A stretch of DNA of 64,000 bases from positions 37,384 to 101,383 of the forward strand of contig JAWODM010000066.1 in the NCBI GenBank assembly GCA_046483305.1. The letters run 5' to 3'. The position numbers and the translations under genes were made by a program. The stretch comes from Candidatus Krumholzibacteriales bacterium (lineage in GTDB: Bacteria; Krumholzibacteriota; Krumholzibacteriia; Krumholzibacteriales; WJIX01). Positions 41,272 to 49,300 of the stretch are shown piece by piece (the stretch's first letter is position 1; each line of letters starts with the position of its first letter). Below the pieces are notes generated by a model that was not told the origin of the DNA, made no database searches, and saw only the letters and a program-made list of their open reading frames with translations.

Positions 41272-42882
41272 TTATTTAAATGAGAATCTGCTCTTGAAAT
41301 GCCGCAGGGGAAGTTCTCTGCCGAATTCGACGTTGACTCCGGGTATCCTGTCCCTGTGATCGTACAGAATCTTAACCGATTCCACAAAAGCCGAAAGGTC
41401 CTGATCCTCGTAACATAACCGCGGAACTGCCGCTCTGACGTAGTTCACCCGCGGATGGGGCGGAACCTCTTCTTCACCGTCAAAATGCCCGAATGCGTAT
41501 ATGCCCAGTTCACAAACCCGGTGGCCGGCTATAAGAAGGAGCGCGGTCAGGGAAATCCCCATAAATTCATCTCTTCCTTCAGCTCCGAAGAACCTGTCCA
41601 TATCCATGTATACGGCGTGGCCGCCAACTGGTTTTATTATGGGAATACCGTAACCGTCCAGCTGCATTCCCAGCCTCTCCACCTGCCCTACCCGGCTGGC
41701 CAGATAACTGTCTCTTACTACGGTTTTCAGCCCTTCCACCACTCCTTTTAGATCCCGTCCGGTGAGGCCTCCGTAGGTGGGATGCCCTTCGGTCATTATC
41801 TGATGATCAATTACCCGCTGCTTGAAATCGGGATAAGCCGAGTCGAAACGGGCCCCGTTCTTCAGAACCAGAGCGCCTCCCATATTCACCAGGCCGTCTT
41901 TCTTGAGGCTGATATGGAATCCGTCCACGTAACTGAACATCTCGTGGACAATAGCGGTAATTGATTTGTCGGAATATCCGGGCTCTCTCTTCTTGATGAA
42001 CCAGGAGTTCTCGGCAAATCTGCAGGCATCGAGAAATAAGGGCACCTGATATTTATCCGCCATATCCTTCACTTCCCTGATGTTGGATATCGAAACCGGC
42101 TGGCCTCCTCCGGTATTATTAGTGATAGTAAGATAAACCAGGGGGACCCTGCCGCTCTCGTTCTCCAGAAGATTCTCCAGCTTCCCGGTATCCATGTTGC
42201 CTCTGAATCCACACCCCTCATTTCCCTCAATATGTTCCCTGCAGGGAAGATTGAGAGGGATCATTTTCTTGTCAAGAATGTTACCTTCGGTAGTATCAAA
42301 ATGGGAATTGCTTGGGATAATATAAGCGGATTCCCTTTCAGGCTGCTCCAGCGAACTCATTACCGAGCTGATCCTCTCCCTCAGTTCAGGGTTCAGGCCG
42401 CCGGAGAGTTCTCCCCCCGAATGAACCTTCAGTACTTTCCTCAGAATAGAGAAGAGGGCGTTCTCGGCGGCTCTTCCCTGGTGAAAAATAAAAATATTCT
42501 CGCCATTTAATCCGGGGCTGCTTCTCCAGTCCTCTCCGAAGGTTTCAGCTACCTGATCCTTGAGCTCGAAATAACCCTCATTGGACCCGTATGCCTCATC
42601 ACCCAGAAGCATGGCTACCCACTGCTTAACGGTCATGGTAGTAGTACCGGAATCCGAGAGAAGGTCGCAGCCGGGTATCATGTCTGACCTGAACAGAAAG
42701 GGGTTCAACCCCGCTTCACTGATAAGCGCTTCTTTTCTTTTTTCGAAATCCCCGATGGAACATTCCCTGAATCTTACCGAGGCGTTTCTGTAAGGGCGGG
42801 GTCTGAAATACCTCCCCTGTTCCGGAGCCCTGTCCAGGTTTTTTCGGAATTTATCAATAAAGAAATCGACTGTATTATCCAT
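41272..42882 (-). CDS. tnaA: Tryptophanase-like PLP-dependent beta-eliminating lyase, divergent and with insertions
   Basis: DLLSDSGT, GDEAY, HQGRAAE, FDTT, GGQPVS, SLKKDG (PLP Lys), PTYGGL, GGHAV. C-terminal LRHF is tryptophanase-type (tyrosine phenol-lyase has LRFF). Confidence 0.85.
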   Translation of the reverse strand: MDNTVDFFIDKFRKNLDRAPEQGRYFRPRPYRNASVRFRECSIGDFEKRKEALISEAGLNPFLFRSDMIPGCDLLSDSGTTTMTVKQWVAMLLGDEAYGSNEGYFELKDQVAETFGEDWRSSPGLNGENIFIFHQGRAAENALFSILRKVLKVHSGGELSGGLNPELRERISSVMSSLEQPERESAYIIPSNSHFDTTEGNILDKKMIPLNLPCREHIEGNEGCGFRGNMDTGKLENLLENESGRVPLVYLTITNNTGGGQPVSISNIREVKDMADKYQVPLFLDACRFAENSWFIKKREPGYSDKSITAIVHEMFSYVDGFHISLKKDGLVNMGGALVLKNGARFDSAYPDFKQRVIDHQIMTEGHPTYGGLTGRDLKGVVEGLKTVVRDSYLASRVGQVERLGMQLDGYGIPIIKPVGGHAVYMDMDRFFGAEGRDEFMGISLTALLLIAGHRVCELGIYAFGHFDGEEEVPPHPRVNYVRAAVPRLCYEDQDLSAFVESVKILYDHRDRIPGVNVEFGRELPLRHFKSRFSFK

Positions 42883-43906
42883 CGGTTATCCTTCTCTCCG
42901 GTAAATTCATGGTCTCCCTTACCTCTCTGAGGGTTTCGGAGGCGACCTTTCCTGCTCTTTCAGCCCCAACTGCCAGGATATCCCACACCACTTCAGGTTT
43001 TTCTTCCAGCTCTCTCCTCTTTTCTCTTACCGGCCGGAGTTTTCTGTTCATGCTCTCAGCCAGCTGCTTCTTGCAGTCCACGCACCCCCTCTCGCCCATC
43101 TCACATTCGGTCCGGATCGAGCCGGCCAGGTCTTCATTGTAAATTTTATGGAATGCGAATACCACACAGCCGCCGGGATGGCCGGGGTCGTCCTTTCTTA
43201 TCTTCACCGGATCCGTAAACATGCTTTTTACCTTTTCGGCTGTCTCCTCTTCACTTAGAGAAAGAGCGATATGATTTCCGGCGCTCTTGCTCATCTTGCG
43301 ATCCACGCTGTCGATACCGGGCACCTTCGGAACCTCAGTCATCAGAGCTTCCGTGACCGGGAAAACATCTCTACCGTACAGATTATTGAAACGCAGCGCC
43401 AGGTCCCTGGTCATATTTACATGGGCTTCCTGATCCTTGCCCACCGGAACATAATCGCCCTTGTACACGAGAATATCGGCGGACTGAAGGGTTGGATAAC
43501 CCAGCAGTCCGTAACTGGGAGATTCTATAGCGTAGCTGCTTACCATATCCTTATAGGTGGGATTGCGCTCCAGCCATCCCAGAGGCGTAACCATTGAAAA
43601 TATCAGATGCAGCTCGGCCACTTCCGGGACATGAGACTGCACAAATATGGCTGACCTCTCCGGATCAAGCCCGGCCGCCATCCAGTCTATCGCCATCCCC
43701 AGAACGTTCTTTTTCAGGGACCCCACATTCTCATAACCGACCGCTCCCCCTCCGCCGGGAGTGGTAAGAGAATGCCAGTCTACTATGAAGAAATAACAGT
43801 CATACCTGTCCTGGAGTGAAACCCAGTTATCCAGAGCTCCCAGAAGATTCCCTAAATGAATGTCCCCGGTGGGACGCATCCCGCTGGTGACCTTTTTCTT
43901 CGACAT
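42875..43906 (-). CDS. trpS: Tryptophanyl-tRNA synthetase, bacterial type with a four-Cys Fe-S motif
   Basis: SGMRPTG, HLGN, YPTLQSADIL, VPVGKDQ, KMSKS; C-x20-C-x6-C-x2-C near the C-terminus. Confidence 0.96.
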   Translation of the reverse strand: MSKKKVTSGMRPTGDIHLGNLLGALDNWVSLQDRYDCYFFIVDWHSLTTPGGGGAVGYENVGSLKKNVLGMAIDWMAAGLDPERSAIFVQSHVPEVAELHLIFSMVTPLGWLERNPTYKDMVSSYAIESPSYGLLGYPTLQSADILVYKGDYVPVGKDQEAHVNMTRDLALRFNNLYGRDVFPVTEALMTEVPKVPGIDSVDRKMSKSAGNHIALSLSEEETAEKVKSMFTDPVKIRKDDPGHPGGCVVFAFHKIYNEDLAGSIRTECEMGERGCVDCKKQLAESMNRKLRPVREKRRELEEKPEVVWDILAVGAERAGKVASETLREVRETMNLPERRITDG

Positions 43907-43961
43907 CTGATACCTTCCTCTTATTTATGTAGATAATTGAATAAATGCTGGCAATAAAAAA

Positions 43962-44035
43962 TAGGGGTGGCAGGACTTGAACCCGCAACCCTCGGTTTTG
44001 GAGACCGATGCTCTAGCCAGTTGAGCTACACCCCT
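43962..44035 (-). tRNA. tRNA-Trp (anticodon CCA); CCA end not encoded; discriminator A73
   Basis: Full cloverleaf: AGGGGTG/CACCCCT acceptor stem, GCTC/GAGC D stem, TCGGT-CTCCAAA-ACCGA anticodon arm, GCGGG-TTCAAGT-CCTGC T arm. Confidence 0.96.
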
Positions 44036-44045
44036 GATGAGAATA

Positions 44046-44073
44046 AAAATAACAATTACCCCATTAAAGTCAA
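44046..44073 (-). promoter_or_regulatory. Sigma70-type promoter for tRNA-Trp-trpS-tnaA
   Basis: TTGACT-16 nt-TATTTT with a TG extension, ending 10 nt before the tRNA. Confidence 0.6.
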
Positions 44074-44157
44074 GTTCTTTGAATGCACCGAATTCCAGCC
44101 CTCCCGGGCGGCCAGTCCGCCCGGGAGTCATTCAAGCCGGAATCATTCAAGACTCTT

Positions 44158-45612
44158 CTATTTCGCAACCTCTTCGAGTACGGCTTTAAGCAGTTTCCAG
44201 AATGTTTCCACACTGGGTATATTCACTCTCTCATCCGGCGAATGAGGATGTTCAATCCAGGGGCCGAACGACACCATATCCATTCCGGAGAATTTTTCCC
44301 CGATAATACCGCATTCGAGGCCGGCATGGATAGCTTTCATTTCCGGTTCTTCTCCAAATTCCTGCTTGTGCACCTTTTTCACCAGAGCGAGTATCTTTGA
44401 ATCCAGATTCGGTTTCCATCCCGGATAGGGAGCTTCCTCTTCTACCTCAGCGCCGGCCAGTTCCGCCGCGGCGGTAATCCTGGCGCTCAGGGCATGGAGA
44501 GCGCTGGCGATCGAACTTCTGGTGGAAGTGCCTATCACGGCTTTCCCCTCCTCGATCTTTATGGTAGCAAGGTTATTGGATGTTTCGACCAGGCCCTCTA
44601 TATCGTAGCTCATGGTCTCCACCCCATGCGGAAGAGCGATCAGCAGGTTCAGAAGAGTAGCGGTAGTCTCTTCGCTCATGACTTTCGCGGGAGAATCTCC
44701 GGATTCTTCGACCACAACCTCCAGGTTTTTCTCTGTTCCTCCCAGCTCCTTGCTTATATCATCCATCTCCGCCATCACAATCTTCTTCACAGCAGCCTGG
44801 TCCGCTCCGCTAACCGCTATAACCGCTTTGGCTTCCCTGGGGATAGCATTTCTCTTGCTTCCGCCCTCGATGGCACCGACAAACAGACCGTGTTCATCGC
44901 TTATTCTGCTGATAACCCTGGCAAGAATCTTTATAGCGTTACCCCGCTGCTCAATGATATCGATACCTGAGTGTCCCCCCCTCAGGCCCCTGACATGAAC
45001 AGACAGCAGGGATGAATCGGCTGGCGTATCCACCATCTCCAGCGGCAGGCGCAGTACGCTGTCGCCTCCCCCGGCACAACCGATGTATACTTCACCTATC
45101 TCCTCGCTGTCGAGATTGAGCATTATCTCGCCCTTGAGAAAACCGGGCTGAAGCTCTCCGGCTCCTATCAGCCCGACCTCTTCACTCACCGTAGCCAGAA
45201 TTTCCAGGGGGCCATGGACCGCATCCTCATCCTCTGCGACCGCCAGAGCAGCCGCCAGCCCGATTCCGTTGTCGGCTCCCAGAGTGGTGCCTTCGGCGGT
45301 TATCCAATCGCCCTCTTTCCTGGCGGTTATCCCGTCCTTCATGAAATCAACGTCCACGTCGGAATTCTTTTCGCATACCATATCCAGGTGCCCCTGTAGA
45401 ACCACCGTGGGAGCGTCTTCATGGCCCTCAGTAGCCGGTACCCGGATTACCACGTTTCCGGCATCATCCTTCTCGGCCTCGTATCCCTTTTCATCGGCCA
45501 GCGAAAGAAGATATTCGGTCAGCTGTTCTTCATTTCCTGAACAATGGGGTATCTCAAGAATCTTACTGAAATACTCCCAGAGTTTTTCGGGTTTCAAACC
45601 ACTGAACGTCAT
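44158..45612 (-). CDS. pepD: Aminoacyl-histidine dipeptidase PepD (M20C)
   Basis: LQGHLDMV, TTLGADNGIG, EEVG, NLDSEE, GGHSG, IHAGLECG, PHSPDE. Confidence 0.95.
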   Translation of the reverse strand: MTFSGLKPEKLWEYFSKILEIPHCSGNEEQLTEYLLSLADEKGYEAEKDDAGNVVIRVPATEGHEDAPTVVLQGHLDMVCEKNSDVDVDFMKDGITARKEGDWITAEGTTLGADNGIGLAAALAVAEDEDAVHGPLEILATVSEEVGLIGAGELQPGFLKGEIMLNLDSEEIGEVYIGCAGGGDSVLRLPLEMVDTPADSSLLSVHVRGLRGGHSGIDIIEQRGNAIKILARVISRISDEHGLFVGAIEGGSKRNAIPREAKAVIAVSGADQAAVKKIVMAEMDDISKELGGTEKNLEVVVEESGDSPAKVMSEETTATLLNLLIALPHGVETMSYDIEGLVETSNNLATIKIEEGKAVIGTSTRSSIASALHALSARITAAAELAGAEVEEEAPYPGWKPNLDSKILALVKKVHKQEFGEEPEMKAIHAGLECGIIGEKFSGMDMVSFGPWIEHPHSPDERVNIPSVETFWKLLKAVLEEVAK

Positions 45613-45847
45613 CCTTTACCTCCTCATTGAATAAATCGACTTTCAAACTCTGTCCCCGGCCGGAAATCAGCTCCGGCCGGAGAAACTCTGTTTACTATTC
45701 CACGCGGCTAAAGGATTATAAGCCACAAAAGATAAATGGTCAAGCTTTGCGTGAAAGTGATAAAATCTGTTATTCTTTAATATGTGGAAAAACCAGTGGA
45801 AACTGGCCAATCAGGCATCAACAGAATGGAAATTCAAGGAGGATAAT

Positions 45848-46243
45848 ATGATCAGGGAATTCGGTGTCAGAACATCGCGCAGGAATGAGCTTATAGATAT
45901 CACTTCGGAAATACGTTCAATAATAGAGGAGAGCGGAATTGAAGAGGGGTATTGCCATATATTCGTTCCGCATACAACCGCAGCGGTGACCATAAATGAA
46001 AAAGCCGATCCCAACGTTTCCCGTGATATTTCCGGCAGCATGGAGAAAATCGTACCCGCGAACTGGGGATACACTCACGCCGAGGGCAACTCGGATTCTC
46101 ACATAAAGTCTTCCATGGTGGGCGTTTCAGAACTGGTTCCGGTCAGAGGCGGCAAACCGGTGCTGGGCACCTGGCAGGCGGTATTCTTCTGCGAATTCGA
46201 CGGCCCCCGCGGCAGAAAGTGCCTGGCCCGGGTTTCTGAGTAG
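45848..46243 (+). CDS. yjbQ: YjbQ/UPF0047 family protein
   Basis: PHTTAAVTINE, H.EGNSDSHIKS, LGTWQ..FFCEFDGPR; ATG 45848 after AAGGAGG. Confidence 0.93.
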   Translation: MIREFGVRTSRRNELIDITSEIRSIIEESGIEEGYCHIFVPHTTAAVTINEKADPNVSRDISGSMEKIVPANWGYTHAEGNSDSHIKSSMVGVSELVPVRGGKPVLGTWQAVFFCEFDGPRGRKCLARVSE

Positions 46244-46263
46244 GCCGGCAGCCGTACAGCCTG

Positions 46264-47418
46264 TCACCAGGGGAACAGATCGAAGACGAACCCCAGCGTC
46301 ATTTTTTCCTCTTCCAGAAAGAGGGGGAATCTCCGGCCGGTATCATAAGCAAAAACCAGGTCCGGATGATAACTCTTTCTTTCGGGAGGCTCCAGCATTC
46401 CCCTGAGCAGAAGCCTCAGGCGGAATTGATGAAATTCATTGAAATTGTCTATTCCGCCGGCGGGGAATGATGAAATCACAGAGTAAGAAAACTGCAGTCC
46501 GTACAGAACCGTCCAGGTCAAACGGCCCTCCATGAAAGCCGCTGTATTTCCGAATTCCGAACTACCCCACACCTCGCTGCTGTTGGAACCATACCAGGCA
46601 TATCCGAAGCCCAGGTCAACACCCTTGAACACACTCCTGCAGAAACTATTAACACCCTTGAAGAAATGATCCAGTCTCACCGAAAGAGCAGTCTTGAGGT
46701 GTTGGGAATACCGGGAGCCCGGATCGGATTCGGTGATAAGCTGATACTGGTAATCCACCCTGAACCTGTATCTGACCTGGTTGAACCATTTTGAATATGA
46801 GCCTTCCAGCCCGGCCAGCCTTCTTCCGGTGTCAGTCCCGGAATTCCGGTAAGTCACCCTATCCCAGTCAAGGTAGGGTTTCAGGCTCCATCCCCCGAAG
46901 GAAAACCGCGGCTTTATATGAAGTTCGGTATCGGCCCTGTCTTCCGACATTTCATAGACGGCGTTGAAACTGCTCAGTTCGTAATTATTGCCGGAAGACG
47001 AAAACGCCGGCGCAATGTATCGTGCGAAAAACCGCCCTGGGCCGCAATCGCCCGGCTCGAAGTAGAACGGATCGCAAACCCTGTCGAATACGATATGGCC
47101 AGTTTTATTCTCTCTGAAGATAACCCTGTAACAACGCTTACCCCTGAGTTTCCCCGAAGAGAGTATTACCACTCCGCGGGAGCTGTCCGGTTTCACCCGG
47201 GAGGGGTGGAAGGAACTGCCTCTTTCCGGCTCGAGTTCGACAATGGTGAAATCGTGTCTGGTCAGCCCTCCCGGGACGATCTTTTCTCCGCCGCTCCCGT
47301 AGAAAGTGAGTTCTATCCAGTAATGCCCCCGTTCGAAGTACAGAACGGCATCTCCGGCCATGGTATTCAGAGGAACCAGAATAATCAGCGCAAAAAACAA
47401 AACATTAATATATTTCAT
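46264..47418 (-). CDS. Hypothetical exported, probably outer-membrane beta-rich protein
   Basis: Signal peptide, aromatic-rich alternating strands, C-terminal LGFVFDLFPW; abuts the upstream ORF (TAAATG). Confidence 0.6.
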   Translation of the reverse strand: MKYINVLFFALIILVPLNTMAGDAVLYFERGHYWIELTFYGSGGEKIVPGGLTRHDFTIVELEPERGSSFHPSRVKPDSSRGVVILSSGKLRGKRCYRVIFRENKTGHIVFDRVCDPFYFEPGDCGPGRFFARYIAPAFSSSGNNYELSSFNAVYEMSEDRADTELHIKPRFSFGGWSLKPYLDWDRVTYRNSGTDTGRRLAGLEGSYSKWFNQVRYRFRVDYQYQLITESDPGSRYSQHLKTALSVRLDHFFKGVNSFCRSVFKGVDLGFGYAWYGSNSSEVWGSSEFGNTAAFMEGRLTWTVLYGLQFSYSVISSFPAGGIDNFNEFHQFRLRLLLRGMLEPPERKSYHPDLVFAYDTGRRFPLFLEEEKMTLGFVFDLFPW

Positions 47419-47739
47419 TTAGTCATCCCCTTTCCGGTATGCGCCGGCTCTCAGAAGATGCTCCCCGAATTGAGCAAAGGTTTCCTCCCGGTGGTAATGA
47501 TTCTCGATCCGGGACTGTTCGAGCCCGGTTCTCTCGGAAAGCTCGTCGAATATATCCTCCAGAACAGTCTCATCCCCCAGGTACTGGATATTGAAATCGA
47601 CTATCGGAGGTGCCGATCCGGCCGCCAGGAAAATATCAACAAAATCTTCCCGGCTGATACCGGCGGCCCTTTCTGAAAAAGAATCGGCCAGGTCCCCCTC
47701 TATCATCTCTCTCTTCTCCAACCAGCTCTTTTTTTTCAT
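47419..47739 (-). CDS. Small acidic hypothetical protein
   Basis: 106 aa, AGGGGG RBS, stop directly adjacent to the next start. Confidence 0.65.
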   Translation of the reverse strand: MKKKSWLEKREMIEGDLADSFSERAAGISREDFVDIFLAAGSAPPIVDFNIQYLGDETVLEDIFDELSERTGLEQSRIENHYHREETFAQFGEHLLRAGAYRKGDD

Positions 47740-47913
47740 GAATGCCCCCTATAAATGAATTCACGGAAACGCCTGTTTACGGAAGTTTATACGAGTCTGC
47801 CCCCCTGTAAGTGTCAGGAATAGAGCCTCTGCCCCCTGCAAGCACCAGGCACATGGTACCAGGGAAAAGTCGTTTTTTCAATATTTGATCTCGGGAAGGC
47901 CTGCCGCCGGCAT

Positions 47914-48111
47914 AAAAAAAGCCGTTTGGTTTATTAACTTCTACTCCTAAGGGAAGTGAAAAATAGCGATCCTAAGGGACTCTCACCGGAGCGTGGAAAG
48001 TTAATTACCTGAAAAATCAGGCGGAGGTCTTTTCCAAATAAGCGGCTCATCTCCTAGGGGAAGAGATGGGGTTTTTGGTAGGAAGGAAAAGACCTCCAAA
48101 AACCAAACGGC
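47914..48111 (-). ncRNA. Candidate structured non-coding RNA (sRNA or attenuating leader), family not recognised
   Basis: 12-bp closing stem (47921-47932 / 48100-48111), 13-bp inner stem (48023-48035 / 48085-48097), ATTAACTT/AAGTTAAT stem and further hairpins. On the minus strand it ends in T7 and has an upstream promoter. Confidence 0.6.
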
Positions 48112-48146
48112 AAATCCATATTTTATTTTCTATTTCTTTCTTCTTT

Positions 48147-48175
48147 AATTTACTCCTTCTTCTTGAAGCTGTAAA
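48147..48175 (-). promoter_or_regulatory. Sigma70-type promoter upstream of the structured RNA
   Basis: TTTACA-17 nt-TAAATT with an A/T-rich upstream region. Confidence 0.5.
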
Positions 48176-48267
48176 TCAAATTTTTCTGAAAATCCTTTTT
48201 CCTCTTTTCGCTTCCCCTCCATGATACTATATTAAACTCAAAATTTCCATAGGTATTATTCACTATT

Positions 48268-48924
48268 TTACAGCTTTTCCTGTTCTATCAAACCGATCTT
48301 CAGGGCGTAACGCACCAGCCCCGCGGTGTCGTGGATATCTATTTTATTCTTTATATTGGCCCGGTGATTCTCAACCGTCTTAACGCTGATGAATAGAGAC
48401 TCCGCTATCTCCCTGCTGGTATTACCTTCGGCGATCAATTTCAGAATCTCCCTCTCCCTGCCGGTGAGCCTGCTGAACTCCTTTACCTTTTCGCCCTTGC
48501 TCACCATCTTCCTGTAATTATCCAGAATATCGCCCGGGAGATCTGGAGAAAGGTATATACCTCCCTCCAGAGCGACATTGATTGCCTTTATAAGTCCGTC
48601 CGCGGCCTGCTCCTTAACCAGATATCCGTTAGCCCCTGCCTCCAGGGCCCTGTAAACGTATGTTTCATCCATATGAATGGTCAACATGATAACAATAGTC
48701 TCCGGGTGCCTCTTCTTTATCTGCCTGGTAGCCTCAATCCCCCCCAGTTTGGGCATGCTGATATCCATTACCACCACGTCGGGCATTTTCTCCTCGACCA
48801 TCTCCACACCTTCTCTGCCATTATCTGTCTCCCCGACTATCTTATAGCCCCTGTCTTCCAGAAGACGCTTAAGGCCTTGCCTGAATATAGTATGGTTCTC
48901 CACTATTATTACACTTAAAGCCAT
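48268..48924 (-). CDS. NarL/LuxR family two-component response regulator (orphan)
   Basis: Receiver domain (MDISMP, GYLVK) plus LTGREREILKLIAEG...IAESLFISVKTVENHR HTH. Confidence 0.95.
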   Translation of the reverse strand: MALSVIIVENHTIFRQGLKRLLEDRGYKIVGETDNGREGVEMVEEKMPDVVVMDISMPKLGGIEATRQIKKRHPETIVIMLTIHMDETYVYRALEAGANGYLVKEQAADGLIKAINVALEGGIYLSPDLPGDILDNYRKMVSKGEKVKEFSRLTGREREILKLIAEGNTSREIAESLFISVKTVENHRANIKNKIDIHDTAGLVRYALKIGLIEQEKL

Positions 48925-49300
48925 TATTAATATCCCTTTAACTTTAAGAGGGAAGGTGTTATCCCCCGCTTTTACGGTATATATCTGTCATAATATACAA
49001 AATTACCATTATAAAGTTCCCATGATTGTGACTTCCCTCATATCTATTATTATCAATTACAATATCAATATTGTCAATACCATATATCAGATTTATATAC
49101 CAGATCTCTTTCAATTTCTCCGGTTTGCTTTATCAACAGGCATATACGCGAATATCATACGGACACATGGATGAGTATCCGCTTCAAGAATGGACTTGAC
49201 CCTGAACGCCACTTTGGTTAAGAAGAATAGATGGACAGGCACACGCCTGAACAGGCGTGCCAGTATATAATGTATCAGAAAAACACCGGGAGAGAAAGAA

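Noticed and set aside
43907..44157. T-box riboswitch upstream of trpS
   Set aside because: No T-box or specifier motif; the space is occupied by the tRNA and its promoter.
43925..44245. ORFs overlapping the tRNA, possibly a TnaC-like leader
   Set aside because: They are translations of the tRNA region. No Trp-containing leader precedes tnaA, which overlaps trpS directly.
47921..48111. CRISPR array or 6S RNA interpretation of the repeated motifs
   Set aside because: The repeats are about 10 nt, irregularly spaced and have no cas genes nearby; the fold is multibranched rather than the 6S rod.
49140..49300. TPP riboswitch upstream of thi4
   Set aside because: No GCTGAGA or CCTGA..GGTAA core; only a short imperfect hairpin (GGCACACGCCTG/CAGGCGTGCC).
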